Positions 18,174-27,762 of a stretch of 64,000 nucleotides of DNA are shown in pieces. The stretch lies in the sequence record NC_023557.1; one strand, given 5' to 3'. The first letter of the stretch is position 1. Each line of letters begins with the position of its first letter. The notes under the pieces were generated by a model. The model was given only the letters and a program-made list of their open reading frames with translations, had not been told where the DNA came from and did no database searches. Both the position numbers and the translations under genes were made by a program.

Positions 18174-20141
18174 ATGCAAAGCTATCATTGGCGTGATCTG
18201 TTGTCGATGTCTGAGGAGCAGATTTGGCAACTTGATCCTGCAATCAACAACCCAATCATTGAAGTGGTGGCAGAGGATGCCACCTTCAAGATTCCTGCCC
18301 GGCAGGTTATCGGTAGCTGGTATTGCTGGCCGTTTCAAAAGCTCTATCGCAACATGGTGTTGTGTAAGCGTCATTTCATCACAGCGTTTCGTCTGTCGAA
18401 CAAAACCATCCTGGGGATCATGACCAACGGTTATCGTGATTATGATGCGATGATGAACGGCACTATCTTAGATGTCGTGGCATTAAACAGCTTGATTGCG
18501 AAAACGGCGAACCGCATTAACAATGCGTTTGTTACCAAGATCCCGGAGTATGTCACGACCTCGGGCATGAAGCAGTATATTGAAATCGTGGATGACCCTG
18601 AGTTTAAAGCGATTCGTGATGCAATGGAACCTAACCAGAACTCGATTCGTGATGGTTATGATGCGTCACTCAAACTGCTGATGGACCCGAAGAAGTATGT
18701 CGGCAATCAGGTGGCGGAATATGTGAAGCAGGGCTCGGCATCAGCAGGTCAGGCATTACAATGTCTGGTGGTGCGTGGTTATCTGACTGACCATAACTCG
18801 CGTATCTTTGTTAAGCCGGTCATGGGTAACTATGTCGAAGGGCTGGGTAAGTTCTACGACTCGTTCGTGGAATCACGCTCAGCAACCAAAGCGGCGTTGT
18901 TTACCAAGAAACCCCTGGAAGACTCCGAATGGTTTAACCGTAAAATGCAGTTGGTTGCACAAGCGGTGCAGAAGATCCATCTGGGGGAAGATTGTGGGTC
19001 GACGATAACAGTGCCTATTGTTATGCGTCGTGGCTGGGCAAGTGCGATGGCCGGTACGTATTATCTGGATGATGATGGATCGTACAAAATGATCACGGAA
19101 GAGGACAAGCATCTGGAGAACCGGTTACTCAATATCCGCTCTCCGATGTATTGTAACCATCCTGACCGTACCGGTATCTGTGAGCGGTGTTATGGGAAGT
19201 TAGCGGTATCCATTCCGTACTTCAATGTCGAAGGGAAAGTTGGGGATAACCAGGTGATCGTGGGGCACGTCAGTGCAACAGAAATCGGTGAGGATCTCTC
19301 ACAGAAGATGCTGTCAACCAAACACCTGGATACATCCTCGACGGTAGATCCGTTTGCTATTCGTCGTGCCGATGCGTTGTATGTGAAACCAGGCTTGCGT
19401 GAAAACGCCATTCGCCTGAATCCACGTCTGCGTAATGAAAAGGTCACGATGAAGGTATCTTTCGACAAAACTACCGCATTATCTGATATCGCAGTTGCCG
19501 AAAACTTAGATGAAGTAGCAACGCGTGTTTCCGGTTTCAATGAGATCGTGCTGGAGTTTGAGCGTGAAGATGGGGGTAAAGAGTCTATCCCAATCAACAC
19601 CACCCAGGGTTCTCGTCAGGGTCAGTTCACTGTCGACTTCCTGCGTTACTTGCAGCGCGTAAGCTGGACGAGTGCGGACAAAGATTATATCTCTATCCGT
19701 CTGGATCAATTTGAATATGATTGCGATGTGGTTGAATTGCCGTTAGTGCATGAAGACATGATGGCGTATCAGAAGCAGATTGAATCCTACATCCGTTTCA
19801 GTAAGGAATCAGCGAACTGGAAAAACAAGTTTGTCACGCCGGATGAAGTGGGTGTGGTGCTGGATGAGTTCTTCTCGTTACTGCGTCAGCGTTTGGGTGT
19901 GAACATTGTTCATGCACAGATCATGCTGTATTCAGTGATGACGATGGACCCAGCCAAAGGCGACTATCGTCTTCCGCGGGCGTATGAACCACGGCAGTTC
20001 TCTTCCTATCACGAATGTATCGAGTACCGATCTCTCTCGGTCCAGCTCGTGTATCAGGAACAGGCAGCGGTGATGCTGAAGCCGTCCACTTTCCTTAATG
20101 ACAAACGACAACCGCACCCGATGGATGAAATCTTCAAATAA
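18174..20141 (+). CDS. rpoC: Non-virion RNA polymerase beta' subunit, C-terminal part (phiKZ gp74-like)
   Basis: Bridge-helix-like SEWFNRKMQLVAQ, EDCGS, Zn site RSPMYC...CERCYG, trigger-loop-like GEDLSQKMLSTKH. Confidence 0.88.
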   Translation: MQSYHWRDLLSMSEEQIWQLDPAINNPIIEVVAEDATFKIPARQVIGSWYCWPFQKLYRNMVLCKRHFITAFRLSNKTILGIMTNGYRDYDAMMNGTILDVVALNSLIAKTANRINNAFVTKIPEYVTTSGMKQYIEIVDDPEFKAIRDAMEPNQNSIRDGYDASLKLLMDPKKYVGNQVAEYVKQGSASAGQALQCLVVRGYLTDHNSRIFVKPVMGNYVEGLGKFYDSFVESRSATKAALFTKKPLEDSEWFNRKMQLVAQAVQKIHLGEDCGSTITVPIVMRRGWASAMAGTYYLDDDGSYKMITEEDKHLENRLLNIRSPMYCNHPDRTGICERCYGKLAVSIPYFNVEGKVGDNQVIVGHVSATEIGEDLSQKMLSTKHLDTSSTVDPFAIRRADALYVKPGLRENAIRLNPRLRNEKVTMKVSFDKTTALSDIAVAENLDEVATRVSGFNEIVLEFEREDGGKESIPINTTQGSRQGQFTVDFLRYLQRVSWTSADKDYISIRLDQFEYDCDVVELPLVHEDMMAYQKQIESYIRFSKESANWKNKFVTPDEVGVVLDEFFSLLRQRLGVNIVHAQIMLYSVMTMDPAKGDYRLPRAYEPRQFSSYHECIEYRSLSVQLVYQEQAAVMLKPSTFLNDKRQPHPMDEIFK

Positions 20142-20155
20142 GTAAGAGGTTGGCG

Positions 20156-21703
20156 ATGCGCAATACTGCGACAATCACTATCAATAGTCACGGCTTTACG
20201 GTCTCTGACTATAATAGTGAGTTCTACGAGAAGTTGAAGTTGTATTGCGCTCGTTTTGTCAAAACAAAAATGGTCTCTAAGGTCGTCCATGGACGGAGGA
20301 TCTTGGCTAAAGAAAATGACCGTGTTTTTGCGAGCGCTCTAAGCAACCGTCGAGAGATCCGCTTTCACATCAACTGCTATGAAGAGTTCAAACGTCATAT
20401 GCAGCAGTGGGGATATAATGTCTCCCGCTTTAAGGAAGTGCGAACACCAATTCCAGAAGGCAAAGATGCTAACTTCGAATTCAAGTTCGAAGGTGTGCAG
20501 CCCCGTGAGCATCAAGTGGAATGGTTGGAGTACCAGTTAAATAAAGACCAGGGTGAAGTTACCACGAAGATCAATACCTTGCAAACCGGTAAGGGAAAGA
20601 GCTTCTGTGGTATTTACAACATGGTCAAGCTGGGAAAAGTAACGGTCATTGTCATCATGCCAAAATACATCAATACGTGGATTGTGGCGCTGAATGACTT
20701 TGTCAAGTTAGGTGAGAAAGATATCATGGTGGTGCAAGGCTCGGGTGAACTCAACGGCTGCATGAAATTGGCTGAAGAAGGTAAACTTGAATCCCGCATC
20801 ATTATCATCAGTCTCCCCACCTTCCAATATTACATGTCGGAGTATGAAGATAACAACGGCGTGATGACGCATTACAACTACACACCTGATCAATTCTGGG
20901 CGATGATCCAACCCGGGTTCCTCATTGTCGATGAAGGCCATGAGTCAATCCACGCGCTGTTCAAGTTCGACCTTTACACCCATGTCAAAAATAAACTGGT
21001 ACTCTCGGCCACCCTTGAGGCGGATGACCAGTTCATTAACGACATGTACTTTGTCATCTACCCGAATAAAATCAGGTTCCGTGGTGGCGAGTATGATAAG
21101 TACATCGAAGCGATCGCCTTGATGTATGGACTGGTGAGTAATAAGAAGGTCAAGACCAAAGGCTTTGGCGGGACGTATAATCACGTCAAGTTTGAGCAGA
21201 GCATCATGAAAGACAAGCAGCTGTTGAAGACGTACCTTACGCTCATCAACAAGGTGTTCTCCTTCTTCTTTATTAAAGTGAAGGAACCCGAACAACGCTG
21301 CCTCATTTATTGTGCCACGGTCGAGATGTGTTTGTACGTGACGGATTATCTGAGTAGTATTCATGATACCCTGATCGTGCGTAAGTATACCCAGGAAGAC
21401 CCGAAAGAATCGTTGTATGAATCTGACGTGAGTGTTTCGACACTGAAGTCAGCCGGTACCGGTGTGGATATCCCAGGACTCCGCACTTGCATCATGACGA
21501 TCGCGATTGGGTCACGGCAAGCCAGTGATCAGGCATTGGGACGACTGCGGCGGTTGAAAGACTACCCGGACACCATCCCGACGTTTGTTTACTTCGCCTG
21601 CACGGGTATCGAAGCACACATGAAATACCACAGCAAGAAACTCGAACTCTTCCCAGTGAAGACGTTGAGTCTGCGTGAGGTGAACAGCGGCTTCTCGTTA
21701 TAA
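20156..21703 (+). CDS. Superfamily 2 (DExH) helicase (phiKZ gp75-like)
   Basis: LQTGKGKS (I), DEGH (II), SAT (III), SAGTGVDIPGL (V), QALGRLRR (VI). Confidence 0.9.
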   Translation: MRNTATITINSHGFTVSDYNSEFYEKLKLYCARFVKTKMVSKVVHGRRILAKENDRVFASALSNRREIRFHINCYEEFKRHMQQWGYNVSRFKEVRTPIPEGKDANFEFKFEGVQPREHQVEWLEYQLNKDQGEVTTKINTLQTGKGKSFCGIYNMVKLGKVTVIVIMPKYINTWIVALNDFVKLGEKDIMVVQGSGELNGCMKLAEEGKLESRIIIISLPTFQYYMSEYEDNNGVMTHYNYTPDQFWAMIQPGFLIVDEGHESIHALFKFDLYTHVKNKLVLSATLEADDQFINDMYFVIYPNKIRFRGGEYDKYIEAIALMYGLVSNKKVKTKGFGGTYNHVKFEQSIMKDKQLLKTYLTLINKVFSFFFIKVKEPEQRCLIYCATVEMCLYVTDYLSSIHDTLIVRKYTQEDPKESLYESDVSVSTLKSAGTGVDIPGLRTCIMTIAIGSRQASDQALGRLRRLKDYPDTIPTFVYFACTGIEAHMKYHSKKLELFPVKTLSLREVNSGFSL

Positions 21704-21718
21704 ACTGACTGTGTAAAA

Positions 21719-21750
21719 GACCAGGGGGCTTACTCCTTGGTCTTTTATGC
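21719..21750 (+). terminator. Hairpin followed by TTTTATGC
   Basis: GACCAGGGG...TCCTTGGTC then TTTTATGC. Confidence 0.6.
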
Positions 21751-21787
21751 TTTCTTTCCTTTTCTTTTTGTTAAGGATACACAGCTT

Positions 21788-22114
21788 ATGAATGGTAACC
21801 GGCCAGTAATGGTGATTGGCGGCATGGGGTTGAGTCCTGCATTGATTGAGCGCTTACGACAGTTAGACGACCTGGAGATCAAATTGGTGGCCGATGTGGC
21901 AATCAGCGATATCCTGGAGTTTGAACCGGGTTATGCTCGCGGCTTGGTTCAGGCGATTCAGCATCAGCAACAACGTGAGTGGAATCCCTTCCGGGAAAGC
22001 TACTGGGATAACTTCATTACCCTGCGTCGTAAAGAGGTCAATGGACATACCAGCATTCCGCCTAAGAAAGCCGCCTGCAGCTCCCGTCGTAAGGGACGGA
22101 GGTTCAAGGGATGA
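21788..22114 (+). CDS. Hypothetical protein with basic C-terminus
   Basis: AAGGA SD before ATG 21788; stop overlaps the next ATG. Confidence 0.7.
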   Translation: MNGNRPVMVIGGMGLSPALIERLRQLDDLEIKLVADVAISDILEFEPGYARGLVQAIQHQQQREWNPFRESYWDNFITLRRKEVNGHTSIPPKKAACSSRRKGRRFKG

Positions 22115-22434
22115 GCGAGATCGATTATCGTGCATTGAAGTATTGTGTCACCAAGGTTAGTCGACGTATCCGCGACGGGGATTCCCGTAACGCGTCACGT
22201 TGCCTCTTCCAGTATGTTGAGACGCACGCCGCATTACAAGACATGGCCGCCATTGATCGTCTTTTAGCACAGTGCCGAGAAAATAAGGTACCCCTAAAAG
22301 AGATCAACAAAGTCTCGTTACTGCGTGCATGCTCATGTTTACGCCCCCACCTTACAGAGTATCAGTCGTGTATGGACCTGTGGCGCCAGGACATTAAAGC
22401 GGCGGGTATGGAAAACTTATTAATAGGATTGTGA
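22111..22434 (+). CDS. Hypothetical helical protein
   Basis: ATGA-coupled; 107 aa. Confidence 0.7.
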   Translation: MSEIDYRALKYCVTKVSRRIRDGDSRNASRCLFQYVETHAALQDMAAIDRLLAQCRENKVPLKEINKVSLLRACSCLRPHLTEYQSCMDLWRQDIKAAGMENLLIGL

Positions 22435-22435
22435 T

Positions 22436-22798
22436 ATGTCTGATTATTGTGCGGATATCTTTAAAGCGATCAGTTGCAAAACCCCCACCAAAGGCAGTGA
22501 ACTCTACATCGATGATTTCGGTGATCTGTGGATGTTGATTCCCAAGCTTAACCGCTTCGGTGAACAGTCAGTGTTTCGTCAGTATGCCGGTAACCTTGCG
22601 TTGATGGCTGACCGCGGGCAGATGTATCAGGGTCAGTTATATGTGTGTGAGTTGATCCCGGGATATCACTTGGTGTTAACCAACCAAGCCGTGATGGTCA
22701 ACCAATACAGCCTGGTGCAGTATGTGAAGACCCGTGCTGCGAAAGTGGAAGCGCGCTACCGTAAGAAACCCAAGCCGATGAGCCGAGCTTACGCGTAA
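22436..22798 (+). CDS. Hypothetical protein
   Basis: Starts 1 nt after the previous stop; AGGA SD. Confidence 0.7.
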   Translation: MSDYCADIFKAISCKTPTKGSELYIDDFGDLWMLIPKLNRFGEQSVFRQYAGNLALMADRGQMYQGQLYVCELIPGYHLVLTNQAVMVNQYSLVQYVKTRAAKVEARYRKKPKPMSRAYA

Positions 22799-22828
22799 GC
22801 AACCTGACTGACAAGAAAGGATAGACCT

Positions 22829-23338
22829 ATGTTCGAATGGTTCTCTGTGTTATTGATGAAGTGGTTGACCCGAAAGGAAAAGAAACACAACAGGACAGTG
22901 CGGGTAGAACCGGTGGTGTTTGAACCGCAACTCAAACCCACCCCACAACCACTGAGCAACGCGTTAAAAGAAGAAGCGCAGCAGATTCGGGACACCCTGC
23001 TGTTTGAGTCGCCGTTGAATAAATCCCGACCGATCCCGACCAAACCCACCTTACGGGTAGTAAGACCCAGTACAAGCTCCTCACGCCCACACGGTAAGGC
23101 GAACGATGACAGCATGCTAACACATGCCTTATTGATGCAGCAGGTGTTAGCAGACGATACAGCGGCGTCTGATCGTCATCATCGTACCCATGCCCCTCAG
23201 GATAACCACCGCCATGAAGACCGACCCTCGTACCATTCCACGCCCACTCATCATAGCAGCCCTGGTAGTAGTCGCGATGATGATAACGGGAGTAATGATT
23301 ACAGTAGCGGACCTAGTGACAGCGGTTCGTCTGATTAA
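22829..23338 (+). CDS. Hypothetical protein with His/Ser/Asp-rich disordered tail
   Basis: AAGGA SD; ends HHSSPGSS...SSGPSDSGSSD. Confidence 0.7.
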   Translation: MFEWFSVLLMKWLTRKEKKHNRTVRVEPVVFEPQLKPTPQPLSNALKEEAQQIRDTLLFESPLNKSRPIPTKPTLRVVRPSTSSSRPHGKANDDSMLTHALLMQQVLADDTAASDRHHRTHAPQDNHRHEDRPSYHSTPTHHSSPGSSRDDDNGSNDYSSGPSDSGSSD

Positions 23339-23377
23339 CACCCTCGATTAACCTTACGTAATAAGGAACGCCTCACC

Positions 23378-24286
23378 ATGACAGATCCCCACCCCATTCT
23401 CGCCGCAGCCATCGGAGAGCCCCAGGATGACGATTGCTGGGATTTTCCGGGCGAGACTGTTGTTGGTCACGGTGACTTGATGTACACCAACGTCCATAAG
23501 CCTCAGGCGTTATGGAACGGTGTTATCCGGTCACTGCGAAAACGTTTCCTTACTGAACCGCCAATTAACCAAAAGGATACTTGTATGACCGAGCAATACA
23601 AGCCATTGCCTGACACCGGGTACCAAAGCCCTTTCTGTGAGCCCGATGTTCTCAACACAAACGACCGGATTTATCCCCGCAAGAGTCTGGTAGCCTTACT
23701 GGAGAAATTCCCCTCCGATAATTTTCGTGGAACACCCGCAGTTCGCTATCCTTTTATGCGCCGTCTGGCGGTGTTGTTTAAGATAGCGTTCTTACAGACC
23801 AGCCTTGACCAGAAGGCTTTATCCTTGAATACACGCCAGACCGGTAAGCCACGGATCACGCATCATTCATTAACTGGTATCTGTAATTTAATGCACCAGC
23901 TGCATTATGAGCTCAGAGAGCTTCAGTATCAGAACCCCAATCCGATTGACCTGACCCGTTACCTGAAACTCTTAACCGGTAAGGATGTCTGGGAGAAGCC
24001 GGGTGTGGGTGCCTGGGGTAGTGAATTTACCATGCTCTATTTTCATCGTCATCAGGCAGGTGTCGGTAAATCAATGTTCTACAACATGCTACCAAAAATC
24101 AAACTGCACCTGGCGGGTATTCATGCGACGTTCGGTGGTCGGCCGTGGATCTATAAGAGTAATTGCAGGGGTCCTGCTGGCTTCTGGCCTGCCACGATTG
24201 AATACGGTATGGCGCATAATGGGCCGGCCATCACTGCTCAGTTAAATCGCGAGCGTCTGGTGAAACCTAAGAAAGGAAAAGCATAA
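23378..24286 (+). CDS. Hypothetical mosaic protein
   Basis: 302 aa; second in-frame SD+ATG at 23585; motif-like fragments NTNDRIYP, TRQTGKP and QAGVGKS. Confidence 0.65.
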   Translation: MTDPHPILAAAIGEPQDDDCWDFPGETVVGHGDLMYTNVHKPQALWNGVIRSLRKRFLTEPPINQKDTCMTEQYKPLPDTGYQSPFCEPDVLNTNDRIYPRKSLVALLEKFPSDNFRGTPAVRYPFMRRLAVLFKIAFLQTSLDQKALSLNTRQTGKPRITHHSLTGICNLMHQLHYELRELQYQNPNPIDLTRYLKLLTGKDVWEKPGVGAWGSEFTMLYFHRHQAGVGKSMFYNMLPKIKLHLAGIHATFGGRPWIYKSNCRGPAGFWPATIEYGMAHNGPAITAQLNRERLVKPKKGKA

Positions 24287-25425
24287 TGGCACTGGATCAA
24301 GAGTATTATGAAAAGGCATTGGGCATCCTACTGACCAAAGGTTTCTCTAACCAAGAAGCTGACCAGATCGCCACCACGCTTTCGGTATATCTCCCGATGC
24401 GTTTCATCAAAGCTGGTGTATGGGCACTCATGCCTTACGACCAGCATCCGGCTGACCCCCTGGCATTTAAACACATGCGGCTACTCGACCGTATCCCTGA
24501 GTTAAAGAAACCAGTGATCCTTCAAATGCCGACTGACTTTACTTACACCACGTATGGTCAGGAGTATTGCCCTGGTGCTGACGCACCGACATACACCACA
24601 GGACCCGATGGTTATACACATCATCCGGTTGGTTGGGAGAGTGGCATTACTGGCATGCCAGGCGCAATGGGTCCGGCTGGGGATGACAATATTGAAGTCA
24701 GTGATTTGACCTGTGATCACCCCCAAGGCGATTTTAGACTATCGTTACCTGCCGAATCAATGGTTAGTCAGTTTACCGTCGTCATGCGGGTTGGTGGTAA
24801 ACCTATTAAAATGACGCTGGAAGAACTCATCCAGGAAATTGGAGGTTATGACAAACTTCCTGCTTCTGCACGTGCTGCGATTGATCGTGTCATGGAAGAG
24901 CATCGCAATGCCCCTGTAACTACTGTATCTGTGCGCACACCCTTACCAGGCGGAGTATCTCAGGAGCAGGCTGACTATCTGAAACTGGGCGACCTCAGCG
25001 ACATCGAAGGGATCAAACGGGCTTACCCGCTCATCGACGAGAAAACAGCTGAACGGATGTCTAAGTTGCATTGTCAGCTTAATCAGCATATCGCGCGGGT
25101 TCATCGTGAGCCGAGAGACGTTGAGGTATTTGATCTGCTTGCGGGCGATCACTCTCAGCGGATGTTCCAATCTCGTCATGCTAAACGTCAGTACCCAAAC
25201 AGTTTGTTTGAGAAGTTCCTGCCGGATCAAGCAGACATCGATGAACCCGAGGGCATGACTGTTAAAATCAAAACCCACAGCGTACGTCACTTCGGACACG
25301 GTCTTGAAATTAGCACGCCTTTGTTTGGCCAATCCCACAAAAACCCTACTGGACCACAAACCATGCCGGGGCTTGAGAAAGGCCGTGATGGTAAACGTAA
25401 ACGTAATAAGAAGGGCAGACGATGA
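24286..25425 (+). CDS. Hypothetical protein with short collagen-like stretch and basic tail
   Basis: TAATG-coupled; GITGMPGAMGPAG; ends KRKRNKKGRR. Confidence 0.7.
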   Translation: MALDQEYYEKALGILLTKGFSNQEADQIATTLSVYLPMRFIKAGVWALMPYDQHPADPLAFKHMRLLDRIPELKKPVILQMPTDFTYTTYGQEYCPGADAPTYTTGPDGYTHHPVGWESGITGMPGAMGPAGDDNIEVSDLTCDHPQGDFRLSLPAESMVSQFTVVMRVGGKPIKMTLEELIQEIGGYDKLPASARAAIDRVMEEHRNAPVTTVSVRTPLPGGVSQEQADYLKLGDLSDIEGIKRAYPLIDEKTAERMSKLHCQLNQHIARVHREPRDVEVFDLLAGDHSQRMFQSRHAKRQYPNSLFEKFLPDQADIDEPEGMTVKIKTHSVRHFGHGLEISTPLFGQSHKNPTGPQTMPGLEKGRDGKRKRNKKGRR

Positions 25426-26195
25426 TCGATCGCAGTTTTGAAGGTGGCTGGGAGTCTATACTGCAATGGCATGGGTTTGCTGATCGTGCTAAACAGGGGC
25501 TGTCTGAGCACTTTGTTATCGTGGATTACGGAACCCAGGCAGAGGCCGCCGCTTTTGAGCAATTGACAGCGCTGGCGGAGAAAGTGAAGTATGTCTCAGT
25601 CGAGCGAGTTAAAGCCGTTGACTTTACCCCGACGCTTGTACGTACGCTACATGAACGTGAACATGGCTGGCATTACTGTCATGTCATGGGGCGATGTGGT
25701 TACGGCGGCCACGGGATAATGATCGGTGATAATGGCGGCTGGACAGGCGCGCACGGCGGTGCAGGTGATGCAGGTCAGCCCTCAACACCTGATGATGGCT
25801 CGATACTATACCAGACAGATTACAGTAGTCTCGGTATCCAGGACCGAGGATTTACTACGCTGCAAGACATGATGGAAAATGCCAGCCCTTACGATTACCC
25901 TCGGGAGATTCGTATAGTAGGGGATCGGCATGACCCGGATGTCAAAGCGTTAACGCAGGCGGTGATAAAGCTTGTTGGGCGTCGAGCTATCAAAGTAGTT
26001 AGCATACCGCATGCCGACATGATGTATAGACCCGGCCCGCACCGAACGTATAACCTCGCGCCGGAGAAATACCGGGAGCGATTTGACATTGCTTATAAAC
26101 AAGCATTAGAAAATGTCAACAAGGCGGCCATCCTACCGTATGCCCGTGGGCCATTGCAGTCTGTTCTGGCGACTCAACGCAAGAAACACTTTTAA
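25422..26195 (+). CDS. Hypothetical protein with central Gly-rich segment
   Basis: ATGA-coupled; GYGGHG...GAHGGAGDAG. Confidence 0.7.
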   Translation: MIDRSFEGGWESILQWHGFADRAKQGLSEHFVIVDYGTQAEAAAFEQLTALAEKVKYVSVERVKAVDFTPTLVRTLHEREHGWHYCHVMGRCGYGGHGIMIGDNGGWTGAHGGAGDAGQPSTPDDGSILYQTDYSSLGIQDRGFTTLQDMMENASPYDYPREIRIVGDRHDPDVKALTQAVIKLVGRRAIKVVSIPHADMMYRPGPHRTYNLAPEKYRERFDIAYKQALENVNKAAILPYARGPLQSVLATQRKKHF

Positions 26196-26222
26196 TCAGT
26201 TCCCCTCAACAGGAGAGTAACC

Positions 26223-26528
26223 ATGTGTAACATGCGATCGGATTGGTTTGTAGAAGACGAACCGTCCATGAAGGAAAGTGATCCGCATTTCGACAACAAA
26301 GCAATGGATGGCTTGATGGCAAAGATCCGTGACTTTGTTAAAGAGAGTGATGCGGCGACCTATGTCCCGCAAGCCCTGTTTGGCGAAGCCGGTAAAGTTA
26401 ACCTGTCCAAAGTGGCAGCAGTAACCCGTCCGGTCGATCACCTCATTACCCTGAACCCAGTGGCCAATGACGGTGATGTGTACCTGGACTTCGCGCGAGG
26501 GAAGCGACGTGGATATAAACCCCACTGA
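26223..26528 (+). CDS. Hypothetical protein
   Basis: AGGAG SD; 101 aa. Confidence 0.65.
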   Translation: MCNMRSDWFVEDEPSMKESDPHFDNKAMDGLMAKIRDFVKESDAATYVPQALFGEAGKVNLSKVAAVTRPVDHLITLNPVANDGDVYLDFARGKRRGYKPH

Positions 26529-26739
26529 AGTTAACATCGAGCAGGCCAATCGTTATGAGGGGTCTACCGATGATTTGGTCCAGCAAGCTAATGATCGTGG
26601 TTTTCTCCAGGGGATTCGTATCACTTCTGGCGAGGACATCGATCCAAGCATTTGGACGCCTGAGAAGATCGAAAAGTTGAAAGCTGCACTTCGACATATT
26701 CGTGACTCAGAACAACGCATCAAAGGTAGCCAGGGGTAA
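26509..26739 (+). CDS. Hypothetical protein
   Basis: GAGGG SD before GTG 26509; stop lies inside the downstream hairpin. Confidence 0.55.
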   Translation: MDINPTEVNIEQANRYEGSTDDLVQQANDRGFLQGIRITSGEDIDPSIWTPEKIEKLKAALRHIRDSEQRIKGSQG

Positions 26740-26757
26740 CACCCTGGCTTTATGCCG
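26728..26757 (+). terminator. Hairpin followed by TTATGCCG
   Basis: AGCCAGGG-gtaaca-CCCTGGCT then TTATGCCG. Confidence 0.65.
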
Positions 26758-26777
26758 GTTTAACGAGGACGTGTAAC

Positions 26778-27233
26778 ATGGAATCGAGCGGTTTGATTAC
26801 GCTGGCAATGCTCTTTTTAACCTTCGTCATCGGGTTGTGTTGTTGGCTGACGCGTTTCATACGCTATCACACCAACCGCTACACCGTTGACACCAAGAAG
26901 GCATTAAAGCAATTTGCCTGTAAGCTTGAAAGAGTACTGGATGTCCCGCAGCCGTATTCGCTGGCACAAAGCGAAATGACAAGGCTGGATAATGAACTGA
27001 ACGCTTCTCTCTTCCTCTTTGAAGAGATCACAGGGAAGATCCACGATGAAACCAGTCGACTGTACCTGGAGTCAAGTTTCATGGTGGTGCGCGGCACTCA
27101 ACACGATACCCCGATTCGTATCTGTGTGGCGAACACAATCTTCAGCCTGTCAACGACTAACCACAATCACCACAGCGTCATGAAGGTCATCAACGACTTT
27201 AATAACCGCTTGGCTAAAATTGTAGAAAGTTAA
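26778..27233 (+). CDS. N-terminally membrane-anchored hypothetical protein
   Basis: GAGGA SD; LITLAMLFLTFVIGLCCWL TM segment. Confidence 0.7.
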   Translation: MESSGLITLAMLFLTFVIGLCCWLTRFIRYHTNRYTVDTKKALKQFACKLERVLDVPQPYSLAQSEMTRLDNELNASLFLFEEITGKIHDETSRLYLESSFMVVRGTQHDTPIRICVANTIFSLSTTNHNHHSVMKVINDFNNRLAKIVES

Positions 27234-27234
27234 G

Positions 27235-27272
27235 CACAGAAAAACTCAGACCTATATCACGCCCGTGATAGA
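27235..27272 (+). promoter_or_regulatory. Putative early promoter
   Basis: CACAGAAAAACTCAGACCTATATCAC-N5-TGATAG. Confidence 0.65.
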
Positions 27273-27308
27273 CCCCTCAACCCCCATTAATCTTAAGTGA
27301 GTTCAATC

Positions 27309-27749
27309 ATGAAATACGTTTACGCTATTATCGCTGTTCTTGGTTTCTCTTTTGTGTCTGTTGCATTTGCTGCAGATCAAACCAAAGTGGTGAAAGGCTG
27401 GTACGCCGAATACAACACGGCTTCGGTCCTGTATTCTGCTGGGCCAAAGAAAGGACAAGAATTGACCATGGAATGTGTATTAGGTGGTTGGACGTTTGCG
27501 TATGCAGACAAGATGGGCGAGGAGATAAACTCGGTCGATGATGACATGACAATCCTGGTCGACGGTGCAGCCTTTGCTGTGCCGAAGACGCAGGGTCAAC
27601 GTGAGAAGTTATACGCCGCCATTCAGCACGCTAAGAGTGGTATTCAATACAAGACCCACGCCTATGGTGCGTCGGTAGTATTCCCAGTGGATGGCTTGGC
27701 CGAGATGTTTCGTGACCTGCCGTTTGAAGTCAGCCCGTGCATGAGCTAA
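27309..27749 (+). CDS. Secreted/periplasmic hypothetical protein
   Basis: Sec-type signal MKYVYAIIAVLGFSFVSVAFA with an A-x-A cleavage site. Confidence 0.7.
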   Translation: MKYVYAIIAVLGFSFVSVAFAADQTKVVKGWYAEYNTASVLYSAGPKKGQELTMECVLGGWTFAYADKMGEEINSVDDDMTILVDGAAFAVPKTQGQREKLYAAIQHAKSGIQYKTHAYGASVVFPVDGLAEMFRDLPFEVSPCMS

Positions 27750-27762
27750 AAGGAAAACAATT

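Noticed and set aside
24650-24680. Collagen-like Gly-X-Y triplets
   Set aside because: Only about four triplets, too short for a collagen helix
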